NCBI GenBank assembly: GCA_002633005.1
Contig: NMRA01000131.1
Span: 745,808 to 809,807, forward strand
Direction of reading: 5' to 3'
DNA from: Phoronis australis
Lineage: Eukaryota > Animalia > Phoronida
Length of the DNA: 64,000 nucleotides
Under the pieces are notes generated by a model. The model saw only the letters and a list, made by a program, of their open reading frames with translations, was not told the DNA's origin and did no database searches. A program made the translations under genes and the position numbers. This document shows positions 40,131 to 54,220 of the stretch, piece by piece; positions within the stretch are counted from its first letter, which is position 1, and every line of letters begins with the position of its first letter.

Positions 40131-43100
40131 GACATATGTGTTATTTTGTGTGTATTTAAAACACATATTGTTGAAATCGGTACTAATTTTATTTTGGCAG
40201 ATGACCTTCAATATCTGACTACATTACAATCGACATTTCAATGTAAGTTTGCCATTTTTCTTGGCATTTGTCGTCGTAACTATCGCTGTCTTTTAGTCAC
40301 CCAAGACTTTTGCTAACATAGCAAGCAACTCATTGTTATATAGGTGAAGATGGGATAACTCATTATTCTTCTCTAGTCTCTCGAAATCTCAATCGACTCG
40401 CCTTCTTCAATTTTTGATAACAAAAGGACAGGATTTAAATAGGCTATATTGTATTAGTCTGGCCGTTATTGATCTCAACCTTTTCTTTACTCGGATCAGG
40501 AAGTCCCATTTGTCAGTGATCGGAAGCAGTTAGAACTGAGACCTATTTTTAGAATAAATATAAAAAGTTGATTTTAAAGCAACACGCTTTAGGATAATTA
40601 TATCGATAATGCACACGTTTTATTGATAACGATTTTAATTCTGATCAAGGTGAAAACATCGATGGCATTGATTTCGAAGCGCCTATGAGGGCTGTAGAGA
40701 AGAAAGGCTTTTACTAGTAGGCAGTCAAAACAAAGGAGTTTTTAAGAGGTTTGTCATTTTGTATGTAGACGGCTAATAGGAGTATTTTGTAGGAATGTAG
40801 TCAAACTGTATGCGTTTTGAGCCTTAATTATTCCGTGATCAATTCTGTTATTGTTTTTAACTTTTTTGCGTTATACAATTTAACACAGAGATGATTTGTG
40901 GATAAAACAGAAATTAATGAACAAATTTCAATGCCACCCTCTAACTCCCAGAGCCTGAGGGAAAATTCAAAATCGACAGATGTCGATAGACGTCGCTTGT
41001 GGCACAGTCTCGTACCTAGTATCTAGTATCAAAAAGGCGTTGACGCGATTTTCATTGCGAGTATGAGAAAATCACATATTTTTAACAGTAACAGCTTTAT
41101 TCCAAATTAATGAGTGGGTAATTGTCAGAGAAATTACGATTTTGATTTAAAGCTGAATTGCGCTCTATTTAGATGGCTTAAAAACAAAAATAGCATTAGT
41201 CCTTAAATTCGGTCTCATAATAATATTCTTTATCTTGATAGTATTCCATTTCAGTTACTAACAAGGACATGGAGACCACCGGTCATTCAAGGAAAACACT
41301 GCATGGTTTATTGGGGTTGATCGACCCTAAAATTATGGACTCGAAAATGACGCAATGTTTGTAAACTGTATTGCGCTTAGGTTAAGAATTATACATTGAC
41401 ATTTAAACAGGCGCGAAATACACCTTTAAATTTCAGGTAAACAACGTACAGGCTTGTTAAGTGTTTAAGTAATAAGAACAACTTTTTGTGACGTTTACAA
41501 ACTCAAGATTTGAAATTTTAAATTGACAAAAAAAAGTTTTGTTAGTAATACAAAATGGCTAACATGTTTTATTCAAGCGAAGAAAAGGTTCTTTTGCAAT
41601 TTTAAAGTTTTGGTAGGATCCTAGGAAAATGTTCGGATTTGGCAAACTTCGTAATTACAACATATATTAGAGATGGCTGATCCGATTCTTACGAGGCTTT
41701 CCGTTATAATGCTTTATGCTTTATTCTCCTAATTACTGTTAGAAATTGTTTCTAGAATATTCCACTTTTGCCATAGCGGTTATAAAACATAGTACTTTTG
41801 TATTGTTTTTGGAGAAATTCGAAAACAAAAACGAATTGCTAATTTAGACAATTGTAACAGCGTTTCTAGGATATCCTCTTGAACATTATATTAAGCGAAT
41901 GTTGATCGTTTTACAGTTACTGTTGTTTTGTTACGAATGCACCTTTCTTTTTTGCTAAAGTTTACTGAAGAGACATGACTAAGTGACCCAATTAGTGGGA
42001 TATTTAATAAACTTTTTACTTTCATAAACTGTAAACTTTTACCGAGTTGGAATCTGCAGTTATTTAGTTAAATACACGTACTTGTCGATGACGTCATATA
42101 TAATCCTAAAAACTCAGGTAATTGGCTACATTCATTACCGAGAATAAAATTTCTTGATCAGCTTTTCAAGTATTAAATGTAGACCCATAAAACTATGTAA
42201 TTTCAAAATCCTTGATGATAACAGAATCTTATTTGGTATACCAAATTAATGCCCAGGAATTCGTAATCCGTTTTTTACTAAAAAGTCTTCATTTTTCAGG
42301 AAGATCGCCGTAATTTCTACACGCATGACTTTTTTCTCGGGAAATTTCGAAATTCTATTTCAAGTTCAATCTTTTAAGTGCAAAAGCGAGTCTGGGATTG
42401 TCTTTTAAGAATTTTATCACGAAAACTCCGCTGTCAAAAAGAGAACCTCTATATTCCTTGTAAAAAAATATAGGTCTTGACAATTGTCAGCAGAGACTAC
42501 GGGCTAAAAGGCCTTATAAGAAAATTAGCAAATACAATAAAAAACAGATTTTTCAAGTTTCGTGAGAAAAAAATCTTGTTTGGACTTAATGGAAATAAGT
42601 CAATCTCTGTGAGAAAATCGTGATTGTTAGAAAAAACGTAATCATGTGATTACAAGCAAATCTCTTATTCACTTATGAACTCGACTTTCTTTGAGACTGA
42701 GGTTTGTTGTCGAAACTCATTTCGTTCTTAGCCACTATCGTATTCAGTGCATAATTATCATTTTGTCCAGATGAGTTTACCAACGAAATGGAATCGTTCT
42801 CTCATTAATCATTCGACCGTAGACCACGTGATGCTCGAAGGGCATATGATTCATATTTTTATAAGTCACAATGACCAATGGCCACACCATTACAGGGTGT
42901 CGTGAAAGTGTCAGAAACATTTACGAAATAGCAACATCTCTTGGGAAAAGCAAATTACTGAAGGTTTTGTTGAGATTTGTTATGCGGCACCTCCTCTGTT
43001 ACTGTTATTTGATGACTAAACCTAATGATAACATTAAAAAACCAACGTTTCCATAATAACTTCTTATTCACAGACCTATAAAAGTTGTTACTCTCATTCA

Positions 43101-43440
43101 AAACACGATTGCACACTTTCGTTTTCGTTAATTATTATGTGAAAGAACGACACGCCTCGCCGTCATTGTAAGCCGTGTTTTTAATTTTCTGTCGTTGTGA
43201 AAAATCTGACGCAAAAGAGGCCAAGAATTATATGACAAAGAAGTCTGGGTATAATTTCGTTTCGTTCTGGGTGGAGGTCGTAATCCAACCACATAAAATG
43301 CACCAGTCTTATTCCCATGACAGAAAACGATTTCCATCTTCAGACCATTCTAACTACTGGCAAGCAAAAAGAGAATAAAAATGTTGTCTGTTTTAAAAGA
43401 ATTGATCAAACCCTCCTGTAGTCCGTTTGATGAAAGAGAC

Positions 43441-43672
43441 TTAAAACTAGATACAGAAATTTGGTGTTACGCTCCCATGTCACAATTGTTGAAAAAATGT
43501 CCACCAAAGTAATTTTGAAGCATAACAGTCTGAAAATACTTTATAGAAATTATGTCGATAACTATCAGTTATGTATATACAATCAGAAACTGCATTTTTG
43601 TTCAAGTGAGATTATTTTTTTTCAGAAATAGTCATGTGGAGCGTAAGACCACATTTCTGTCTTACGTCTTAA
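43441..43672. mobile_element. TTAA-flanked MITE (piggyBac/Kolobok-type target site)
   Basis: TTAA at 43441-43444 and 43669-43672. Inverted arms ACAGAAATTTGGTGTTACGCTCCCATG and CATGTGGAGCGTAAGACCACATTTCTGT. Confidence 0.65.
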
Positions 43673-46471
43673 TTTACTTTTCACTTTGATGAAACACGAC
43701 CGCTTTACATAAATTCCAAATAATATTTCGATTCGTTGTCATGGTAAAACATATTTCTGTCACGGAAAAGTAAATTTTAGCATCTGATTCATTTCTTCAT
43801 ATTTAAAGGAACATTGTTGGTTTTACGGCCGAAAAAAACGCATTTTTGTGATTGTTGGATGGGACAGACTTCTTGAAGTTATCAGTTTTAACAGGAACAG
43901 TGAAATAACAAAATTCGTTGTGTTTTAAAGGTTTTATTACAAATTTACAATTCTCACCATTGTCTACCAGGCATTCGTTGATATCAAGACCGATAACTTT
44001 ACCAGTTGCCATCAAAACGTTAGACTGCGACCAATGTGACTGCAGGTTCGTTTCCGCATTGAGGCTGAGTACTGAAGATGAATTTTTTCGCCGCTAGTGT
44101 CCTTTTAAAACGGCCTTTCCGCAATATTTATCTGCCAAAAATGGAAAAAGACACTTAAACTAATTTAATAAGGCTTGTAAAATTCCTTACCATAATAGAA
44201 GTTGGTTTATGCTACTAACACAAACATCAAATCCATTAGCAACTCAAAAGACCTTTCAAAGTATTTCCAGATTTGCCGACACTAAAATGGGGAATTCGAA
44301 AATGGCGCATGTACTCGTTCTTATTTATAAGTTGTCGGTTCCAGTTTTAGGGGAATTTGAGTTGAACCACAAAGCGCTTTGCTAAACACTAAGCTCGTAT
44401 TTAGCATTCACTAAAAGCGGTGACATGCCCCTTTAAATGTGTGTGTGACCTTTAATAAACTACGCACTGCTGGCTATATTAGGTCAATGCGGTGTCCATA
44501 TGCGGTGTTGGTCGTCCTTCCCGTTGGCTGGTAAGTAACTGATTTGGACGCTGAACTTTGTGTGCATGTTTAGTTTCCTGCTGCTATAAACAGTTATTAT
44601 TATCATCAAGTTATCTTTCACTAAAGAATAAGAAACGCAAATGAAATTGCACGTTTTCCTTACAATAACGTCACACGACAAAGAAACAAATAACATCATC
44701 CACTAAAAGGTGAAACCACAATAAAAAAATCGCATTACCCGTAAGATGTTCGATACGCAAAAAAGTAGAAATGAGTCAATTCTATAAATACAAAAATAGG
44801 TCAACATTCCTGACTCAGAGCTTACATAATATACCTCATCTGCACCAATTAATTTTACCCCTTTCTCAGTATGCTTTACGTACACAAAATTTTGAAAATG
44901 TATTATTGCTAAACTCCGTTCAAGCAATTTGCAGCTAAAATGATCGAACAATTTTAGTAACTGCATCGGGTTACACAATATCACCATAATTTCTAATCAC
45001 CCTCTATGATTATAAGGGACAGCGCACTTTGGTCCAAGTGTATGAATCACGAATAATTGTCAATCTGCAATTAATAAATTTCCACGTGCCAATTAGAATC
45101 CCAAGTTCGAAATCACTTCAGCTTCAATAAAAGCAAATTGGCGTTGTGCACGTAATTTACAGACACGATGGTCAATAGATTGATGTGTTTTTACCAAAGT
45201 TTATTTTTTCGATCAATTTTAGAAAATCGCGTGACAATGGCAGTGTGATGGCAGAAAAAAATTGATTCATTCAAAAATATTTACGTATATTTATCTTTCC
45301 TCTTATTTAAATGTCAAACTGTATTTTCCTAGGCTAAACATATTTCGTATTTAGCTTCCCATCACTATCAAATTTGATGCTTTGCGAATTACACAAGGGT
45401 GTGTTCTCATTGATTGTAGTATCTGTACACCGGAAGTTGCAGCCGTGTGAAGGAAGTTTGATATCGGTTGACAAGAAATTTTAATACTTTCGCTTTAATC
45501 GTAAACTATGAGGACAAGGGAGATAGCAAAATAAAAGAATACATCATAAAGTTTGTTTGCAATCAAGTAAAAAGAAACAATAGGTTGAAACAAAACAGCG
45601 CCCATCAACGTTATATCGACGAATACACACATTTTACACGAATATGCACGAGACTGACTGTGTGAACACCTTATAATTTAATTGTTTCATTAACATAAAA
45701 ATCCGTTAACTTAGAAATTTTAAGTCTTATTCACTCAACTCGTTCACCTCCTAACAATTGTGACATATTTCACATTAACAACAAATTGAGTTGAAGGTGC
45801 ATATCCTTCCTACGTATAACTACGAAATAGGCTGTCGTACACTGGACTCAGAGAATTTTTGGGGTCAGGACAGCAACTGGTTTCTGTCACCAAAAGGAGT
45901 CGGATGATCAAGGCCAAAAAAGCAAAGTTGGAAGTTGATTATGGTCTTCAACCCGACTCACCTGTTCTCATTTACTAAAAAAGTATGACCGTATTAGTTT
46001 CAGCGAAAATTTGGTATTTCTGTCGAAAAGCTGCAGAAAGGCACGTGAACAAGGGTGAGCAAGGTTTGAAATGCCATGATACATGTCAAGCAATGAGTGA
46101 ACAAAAGAAAACATCATTTTTGCTCGTTTCAGGTCTCGGTTTTCGAAAGAAAAAACAGAGACCAGAACCGATTGCGCTTCTGTGGTCTTAGGAATCTGAT
46201 TGATTTTAGAAGGTTTTCCAACCCTGTCAAAACTGATTGGTTTTTGATTTGCGATTGTTACTTGCTTATGCTTGAAATTGTGTGTTTCCGTGGGGATGGA
46301 AGTCGATTTCTTCTAACATAGGCATAGTAGGGTTTGAGACATACTGCACCTCCAAGAAAATAAGAAAAAGGTGATGTTATAGAGAGTTGAAAAAGTCAAA
46401 AAGCTGCAATCGCCCTGAGAACATACCGTATATCACTTAATCTCTTGTATTTCTCACATATTCGAAGTTGC

Positions 46472-46501
46472 GCCAATATCTGGAATTAGGCGCATGCGCC
46501 T
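46472..46501. promoter_or_regulatory. NRF1-type palindrome with adjacent CCAAT box
   Basis: AGGCGCATGCGCCT (46488-46501, perfect 14-bp palindrome) with GCCAAT ~15 bp upstream, in CpG-rich DNA. Confidence 0.35.
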
Positions 46502-47984
46502 GTACGTGAACTGTTGGGTGATGCTCCAGATATAGGTGCATCCGCCCATCTTTCCAAAAAGATTGTACACACCTACTTGGCTCGAAGGGTCGATCGAAAA
46601 GCCAGTCAGCATAGTTCTCGTACTCCCGATTACGTGTATTCGCTTTCATAGTATTTAGTTGGGACTTGCGTTTGTTTTTTAATTGAACATTGTAAGCGTT
46701 TTCATTGGTATTATTGGGGAGGTTATGTAAGTGATTCGAGTCATGATAACTATGTTTTAATTCCAAACTTATACACTTGCGTGCATGATATTGGTCTTCT
46801 CTAATTAATACGCTAGGTTTGTCATCACTTACAAACCTTTTGCGTTCTGTCATGACGCATTTAGTCACTGAATAGAACATTGTTATAGATGTTATTCCTG
46901 CAATCTGTCTACCAGCTGGTTACACACAACGTCGAAAATGAACCTAAAAGAACGACAAATATGAGGAACAAAGTCGTGTACTAAAATGTTTGGCACGGTT
47001 TTGTCGAGGACAAAGCGTGTACCTCTATCCAGGACAAGTCACGCGCCTGTGCAAAAGACACACACCTGCACCTATGAGAGAAAGTTAGGCACATGGGCTA
47101 TACGGCAACACTTTTATGAGTTTTATGTGGAAAAGACGCACTGATTATTTTGGATTTAGACGCATGAGTCAAACTACGCGCAAATACCGTAGACGAATAT
47201 GAATGGAGTTCTCTTGACTAATTCAACAGTGACGTTGTGAAACACTCATACGTGACTCCGTTTACAAACTAACTATCTGTGTTTCAAGGGAGTCCTGGGG
47301 ACCCACTTCCCCTCAGTCATAAAGCTAGATTTGTTCAGAACAGTTGTCATATGAAAGGGCACCGGAACAGGGTATGAACAGTGTAAATAAATTTGAAACG
47401 GAGGGTCAGTTTTTGACACAGCATCTCATACAGGCGCGTGAACCTAAATGAACGCCTGCATCGGCAACACATGTGAAGCAAGAACGCATAACTATTTATT
47501 TACTATTTATAACGCGCTATTTATTTAAACGCATTATTTTATGTGTGGGTCCACAGTAGCTGGATATATTACTTTTCTAAAGATTAAAACATGAGACATT
47601 CAGAAGCCCTAAACTTAATGAGTTATCCACAAATCACGAATTCTCTCTGTGCACCACGAGATTTTTTCTAGGGGCGTTCGATTTGTGCAACCGATTCTGG
47701 AGAGCTGGCGCTACAGGTTAAAAATATATGGTGAACAGATGTACGGTAAATAATAAATAGGTATAGTGTGCAGAAAATCTTTTCCTCGTAATTGGTTATT
47801 GGATGTGCATGAAGCAGGCAATATCCTCTGGTGCCATGACATGGAATCCGACGAGATAATCGATTACTGGTTGAATTGTCATTAATAGTAAATTTAATCA
47901 ACAGCGTTTTGTCTTGGTTATTTGACAAGAAGGGAATGTGTCCACGAAGAGCATTCTTACCCGAAGGCACTTACAAGAATAAGT

Positions 47985-50184
47985 GATTGTGCAAGAATAA
48001 ATTATTTATTGACAAAATCCACAAGAATTCATCATAAGTATTTACAGCAGTCAATGTTCCATGCACTCAAAAGATGTTTCCACAATAGGTGGAAACATAA
48101 TCAAACAAACGAAGTTTTCACAAAACGATATCTTGTAGGGATGCACAGAAATCAATACTCCTGTTTTGTAACAGAAAACATCAAGATCTGGTCAAATGTC
48201 CCAAGAGCAAGAGACGCACGTGCCGACTAAGAATCTCAACAAAACCTTCCGCTCTGTCCAACTACAAGTCTTGAGAATGAATTTGCAAATGAAATGTTTA
48301 GCCAAAGAAACAATAGGTTGAACAGTCACAGATACATTGTTTATCCTTGAACATACCTGACTTTCAAGTAACATTACATGGATTAAAGGAGAAACCAAAA
48401 ACAAGCCTTCAGCACACATCTACAAGGTATTGTTGGACACCTAAATCCAAAGGAAAACACTCTCAATGAAAAGTATTATTAAATAGTTCCAGATTTTGAG
48501 AACCAGTTTCCACAACTGAATAACAGGCATCTAACTGGTTCTCAAAAACCATGACCCCACAAGTGACCAGGTATCACAGCTGCCTTAACATTATTTCCAA
48601 ACATCCCAACTTGTTTGGTCCCTTTAAAATGTACAGTAAATCCAAGTTGGGAAATTTCAAAAGAAAAAAACGTCGGCAGTTTGAAGAATACACACCTTGG
48701 GGCATAGTTCTTCCCTATCAGTAAGTATACATGCACTGGCCAACACACACACACACCATGAGATTTCAAATAATGATGTGAAATGAAAAAAAAAATCATT
48801 TAGTTTTGGTATGAGTGCATCAAGAAACTATGATAACATGTTTAACAACAAACCCCAAGAAACTTTCAACAAAAAGAACGCCAACTTTTGCTAGCCAAGA
48901 ATTTGCCCTCTCCTTTCTGTTCAGTTTGAACAGAGTAACAATAGAAGTTTTTCAACAAAGAGCTGCAATAAGAAACATCCACACTACAGCAACAGACAAA
49001 CAACAGTGTGGTATTTTGTATAAGACTAACTGAACTATCACTTTCCCATGATGTTTACATATAAATGTAATAACAGCCCCTCTCAACCAGTACTCTAGTA
49101 TGAGTCATCACTATCCCCTGTACAAAAAACCCTCAATCTATGTAGACAGAACAGAAGGAGAAATAAAGATAACAAAAAAAATACCTGGCAACCAAAAGTG
49201 GAGTTCAAACATTGCTCATTTCTATAATAGTCGCTAGTCACCAACATTCAGGTATTGATACCTTTTTGAACCAGGCAACATAATGTGTGAGAATACTCAC
49301 ATGAAATGGCCATATCACCAATATACTTCCGTTCAGTTAAATTCGAGTGCACTTTTAGTTTTTGAAAAGAAATAAAATAATAACAACACCAACACATAAG
49401 TTTTTAGAAAAAAATCTCAGAAAGGAATAATCTACAAAAGATTTTCATGGCTTATATCTTGTTCTTAAGGAAAAGCATAACAATGAACCTTATATACAAT
49501 ACAAGTATGGTAGCTCAGTCAAAAAAACTTGCTTAAAATAAATTTCCTTCAAAATAAGCTTTTGACTGACTGTCAATAAAGTTTCCAATGGCAAACGTGT
49601 GAGACATGGTACAAACAAAAAATACACAAACCAATTTTTATTCGACATACATATTTTAACGCCAGAATAAAAAGCAATAAATAGCTTTCCATTCCTACAC
49701 ACAGTGCAAGGCTAACTCACACAAGTCAGAAGTATTGCACAAAACAGTTGTCATATTGAAAAACTGCAATGAAAGCCATGATAAACTTTGAGTAAGTAAA
49801 GATAATCAGCCCATTCAAAACACTTTGTGGTTGTCACAGAAAATAAAGCAAATGTTTGGGTTGTACAATGAACAACTGCCAGTCATAAACTGAGATCGTT
49901 TTCAAATGCTGAGGATGCACATCTCTAATTTACATTGACCATAAAATTCCCACAGGGTTGATTTGACCATGAAACATCTGCTAAGATGTCCGTCAGTCTC
50001 TGATGATGGATGTACAATTAATGCTAGAGATGGATGAAAATTGGTGAAACACTGCTAACATACAGCCACAGACAAAATCAATCAAATATTGTTTCAAATA
50101 CCCTACACGAACTGTCACCACTACACCTTTCCTGGGCTGTTATAAACATCCAAAGGCAACCGCATTGCGAAATACACAACCACC
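47985..50184 (-). other. Probable ~2.2-kb DUSP10 3' UTR
   Basis: Minus-strand AATAAA at 48005-48010 (another at 49637-49642). Pumilio elements TGTAAATA (48039-48046) and TGTATATA (49491-49498) on the minus strand. Composition becomes CpG-richer left of ~47.9 kb. The end point is inferred. Confidence 0.5.
48494..48547. repeat. 54-bp mini inverted-repeat element (family also at 59205-59257 and arrayed at ~52430-52617)
   Basis: Perfect 15-bp TIR TTTTGAGAACCAGTT / AACTGGTTCTCAAAA with a related spacer (CACTGAATAAYRGGCATC-like) in all copies. Confidence 0.75.
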
Positions 50185-50447
50185 TCATACACTGGATTCC
50201 AATAGCAGGCGCGGTTCTAGTTTTCTCTCGATGGCTCCACTATTAAGCTCTTGTTCAAACTCCAGCAGCTGGCCCATGAAGTTGAAGTTGGGTGATATTA
50301 TCGACCGTTTCTCCTTGACAAACTTGTAAGCATCCAACATAGTCATTCTAGTATGCTTCATAATGTATGCTATGGTGATAGTAGCCGAACGTGAAATGCC
50401 AGCATGACAATGGATCAAGACTTTAGCACCATTGTGTCTCGCCTCAT
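50185..50447 (-). CDS. DUSP10: DUSP10-like terminal coding exon (active site HCxAGxSRS)
   Basis: Acceptor gtatcttccag|AT. Encodes [70 protein letters not shown]...ESSV*. The [19 protein letters not shown] stretch is what I recall as DUSP10-specific. The four exons sum to 1155 nt (384 aa plus stop). Confidence 0.95.
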
Positions 50448-50861
50448 CTGGAAGATACAACGTTGTTTTGTTAAAGTTACTTTTCACTATACAAAAACAA
50501 AATGAATAAGAAGATGAAACCAACTTCAAAACACTAACACTATCCAAGAACACCAAGATATAACACGATTGGTTGCGACTGAGGATTCCATTTTTAAACA
50601 GATAAGTATTTAAAAAAATTATATTCGAGCTCCAACCCACACACACGCACGCATGCACGCACACACACACATATTATTGAATGATTGCTATGAATCTTTT
50701 CTTCTGCTTTTGTGCTCATTTTTTAAATCGTTTTAAAGTAGTGGAGGTAAAAAGTTAGTAAAGAGCCGAAATAGCAGATGGCCTGCAACTACAAACTTAA
50801 TACAACTTCACTGCATGTTTTGAATGAACAGCAAGTACTAAAATGTGCAACAAAGTGTTGG

Positions 50862-51147
50862 CACCAAGTGTTCCACCATTGGCCAGCTCATTGTGTGAGA
50901 AGGTGAATCACAAGGTTTGCATAAATGTGTTAATCAGCGCAGACAAACTTGTAAATCGGTGTGGTGCAACAGGACTAGGCCTGTTTTAATGCCACGCAAT
51001 AACAAAGAATGGACTACATGTTGTCGCCACCAAATGTTCTAACAGTGGCCAGCAGATGTCTTGAGCAGTGAATCACAGTGTAGGATTATTGTGTTAATCA
51101 GCGCAGACAAATGTGTAAACTGCATCACCCATCAGGATTAAACCTGG
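50862..51147. repeat. Diverged ~164-bp tandem duplication
   Basis: Both units share CACCAA-TGTTC, TGGCCAGC, GTGAATCACA and an exact TGTGTTAATCAGCGCAGACAAA (50926 and 51090). Confidence 0.75.
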
Positions 51148-51769
51148 CTTAAACCTGCCATTGTTCCGTGATTTCCTGTACAGCCAAGAGCGATGTATGA
51201 CATCACAAATATGAAAGTTACTCTGAGGAGTGGTGCTCATCCGAGTCTACCGGGAGAAAATAATGTGGGAACTTTTTGCAATGAGCATGATTCATGTGTT
51301 TATTTTGCTGTATACTTATATCCAACCGGGTGTAGTTGTATTTGTTTAATTCAATCAAGTAATAATTCAAACAAAAGGGACCTTTTGAATTCATTGAGGA
51401 AGAGTAGCAGACTGAAACAATAACAGTCATTAGTCATAAGGCTGTTTATGACAAGTTGCATGAGCAATTAGTGACAAGGTACAAGATGGAGAAATTGTCC
51501 ACCTGGAAAATATACATTTAAAGTTTGCATTCTGATAGACAGACCCTGACACAACAGAACAGATTACTTTGTAGTTCACACACTTTTAAAGTGCACTACG
51601 ACGAAATTGAATATTTCAGATCATTACGCAATATCATATGATAAACACTCATATAATATTGCATAATATAGTACGCAAATGAATAAGCTTTTGCTGAATT
51701 TTGGAAATCATATCATTTAATTATGATGGAAAATTATGAGAGTTATTTATGAGAATTACATCCATCTAA

Positions 51770-52270
51770 ATTAAAAGCTTAAAGCTGAATACCACCCTGT
51801 TTAAGAGACTAAAATGAAAATCAAATTGTGTCTTTTACTCTCATAACATTGGTCTTGTAATGTTCTTTACCATCATTGGATTCCATTTCCATGAACTAAC
51901 AAAAACACTGAAACCATCAGTAACTCAAAAAAACACTTTAGAGTTTTTGAATAGAGGCTGGCCAACCCTAAAGCTACAAATCTGAAAATGTAGCATGTAG
52001 GCAATGCCTACGGTTTGAGTTGTTAAAAGAAATGGAATCCTATCATGGTAAGGTACATCACAAGAGTTTTTGAATAGAGGCTGGCCAACCCTAAAGCTAC
52101 AAATTTGAAAATGTAGCATGTAGGCAATGCCTACGGTTTGAATTCTTAAAAGAAATGGAATCATATCATGGTAAGGTACATCACAAGACCAATTTTATAA
52201 GAGTTAAAGGCACAATTCGATTTTCGTTTTTGCCTAGCCAAACAGGGAAAAATGCGACTTTAGCGGGATT
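51770..52270. mobile_element. Foldback-like element in DUSP10 intron 3 with an internal 123-bp tandem duplication
   Basis: 51770-51889 is an imperfect reverse complement of 52152-52270. 51941-52063 is repeated almost exactly at 52064-52187. Confidence 0.7.
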
Positions 52271-53980
52271 TCAGACTTTCATATTATTCAGTTATCAGAA
52301 AGCAATCTAATTAAAAATACAAAATTTCAGTTCATTCCTTCAAAATAGAGTTTTCGTGTGAACCCTACAAGATTATTGCAGTAAACTTTTAAAGAAATTT
52401 AATAAGTAAATGTCGGATATAACGAGCTCGAATTTTGAGAACCAACTTTCTCCACTGAAGAATGGGCATTGAACGATAATGATCGGATACAACGTGCATG
52501 AATTTTGAGAATCAGTTTTCTCCACTGAATAATGGGTATCAAAGAATAATGGTCGGATTTAACACTTTTGAATTTTGAGATCCACTGAATAACGGGCTTC
52601 AAACTGGTTCTCAAATTATGGGTACGTTAAATCTGACTATTGCCGAAATTTAAAAACGCTCAAAATCTATGCACTTTTTTAGCTACTATAGATTTAAATT
52701 TACATAAATCTTTACAATGCTAGATGCATGTATTCAATTTAAAACTTGCGGTTAATATTAACAAATACAGTATAAATAAGCATCAGCAATTTTCACATGC
52801 ATTGTTTTCTATAATCGTGAGAAGGTTTGGAATTTGAGAAAATTTGAAATATTCAAGGCACACATTATCTGAATGCTGCACAGAGTGCTGTCAAGTCATA
52901 TGATCTACTTTATTCATGACACATCACGACTATTTGAACCAATTATGGGAAATAATTAATAAACAAGACCATTGTTAGTAAGTCACAGTTTCAGACAGTT
53001 AGTTCACAGTTACAATGACTCATGACTGAGGCCATTAAAACCAGTCCCCATGGACCAAGAATGGAATCTGAAGGCCTGTCTTCAATAAAAATCAGACACT
53101 CAACACCACTTGGTAGGAGTTAAGCATGCAACAACAAATGACATGCTAAAAAGTAATAGTTAGCAACAAAAGAGAGTTAACACAGTTGAACTGTTGCATA
53201 CGCATAAATTTAAAACAACCTCCAATGAACAAAAAGTAGTAAACCACCATGTTCAAAAATAGTATTGAGAAATAGAAAACAAAACGGAGTTCTTGCTCCA
53301 TTAATAAATGGTTTGAATACGGTACTTCTAATTCTGTCAGCAAGCATGCGTTTTGTACCAATTAACCTCATAACTAAAGTTCCATATAAAGTACACAGGT
53401 TTGAACCATACAAGGCCAATTACTGGTAGTCAGGTCCAGTTGATACTGGTTACAGTTAGTGGGTCAACAACTGTTGGTATGACTCATTGCTATCAATCAG
53501 GGAACAGGGTGAGCTTATGGAAATGGCCGTTTTTATTTTTACACAGCCAACAAAAATAGATGGTGGTATCATAAGTGAACAGCAAAATAGCAGACAATCA
53601 AGAGTGAATAGAGTACAGGGATAGGCATTGAGAGAGTGGAACAGTGAGGCTAGCCCACAAGCTACATTACATGTTATTAAATATTGAACTGTTATTTATG
53701 TTTCACATATGATGCCTTAGCTAGAGGTGTACACGTCAATATGGTGCAGTCATTAAATATTACAATGCTTAAATAAAATACGTATGATACTTTTAGCTAG
53801 GCACAAACTACTACAGAGGAACTACTACAGAACTACTACAGGAACTACTACAGAGGAACAGCGAGTACAAAATGTGCTTCAAAGCCCGTTTGTAGTTGTA
53901 GCACTTGTTTTGACTCTTCCCAAAAAAACTGGAAATATTCCATTAATACTATTATTGTTGTCACTGTTGTCACTACTGTC

Positions 53981-53991
53981 ACTATTGGTGC

Positions 53992-54042
<51 letters not shown>

Positions 54043-54187
54043 CATTATTACTATTATTATCATCATCATCATCATCAGTATTATTATGTTCAATATGTTT
54101 TACACCAGTTTCGAAAAGCCTGTTTTATTGTTCTGTTTCATGAGAGTGTGTGTTTGAAACAGTGTTGCATAGTTGCACTATTGGTGC

Positions 54188-54220
<33 letters not shown>

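Noticed and set aside
46437-46880. 147-aa minus-strand ORF
   Set aside because: No recognisable domain or splice structure. Compatible with chance.
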